The notes under the pieces were generated by a model that had not been told where the DNA came from, did no database searches, and was given only the letters and a program-made list of their open reading frames with translations. DNA of 64,000 nucleotides from a virus. The number at the start of each line of letters is the position of its first letter. Within the stretch, counting starts at the first letter, position 1. Shown one piece after another: positions 63,977 to 64,000 of this stretch. The stretch spans positions 70,940 to 134,939 of IMG/VR virus record IMGVR_UViG_3300010401_000033, one strand, 5' to 3'. The position numbers and the translations under genes were made by a program.

Positions 63977-64000
63977 TGGAGCGGGTGACGGGTAACGCTC
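63977..64000 (-). tRNA. 3' part of a tRNA, probably Gly, truncated by the window edge
   Basis: ...AGCGTTACCCGTCACCCGCTCCA; Gly-type acceptor end. Confidence 0.6.

Overview
A 64-kb segment of a large T4-like myovirus genome, read in standard genetic code 11. Positions 1-36.9 kb (minus strand) hold the late structural module. It runs gp4, gp2, gp48, gp53, gp27-like hub, gp5, PAAR, gp25, gp6, gp7, gp8, a 2077-aa virion protein, four paralogous fibre/spike genes, a 1561-aa repeat fibre, accessory fibres and partial gp13, driven by (C/T)ATAAATA late promoters. Positions 37.0-40.4 kb (plus strand) hold gp54-like, gp26, a gp51 frame with no ATG start (probably reached by a -1 frameshift) and a gp29-like tape measure. 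Positions 40.6-57.8 kb (minus strand) hold replication and host-takeover genes: gp32, gp59, gp33, DsbA, RNase H, DNA ligase, RtcB, ClpP, TusA, an HD hydrolase, phosphatases, glycosyltransferases and a nucleotidyltransferase. A small plus-strand late fibre cassette lies at 57.9-59.3 kb. Positions 59.3-64 kb form a dense RNA cluster: 18 complete tRNAs plus 1 partial, a tmRNA, an RNase P RNA, a ~57-nt anticodon-less mini-tRNA and several unexplained small structured RNAs. Ten of the 18 tRNAs have D-loop/T-loop elbow contacts rewired by compensatory changes. All calls come from manual motif recognition and folding by eye. No database searches were run.
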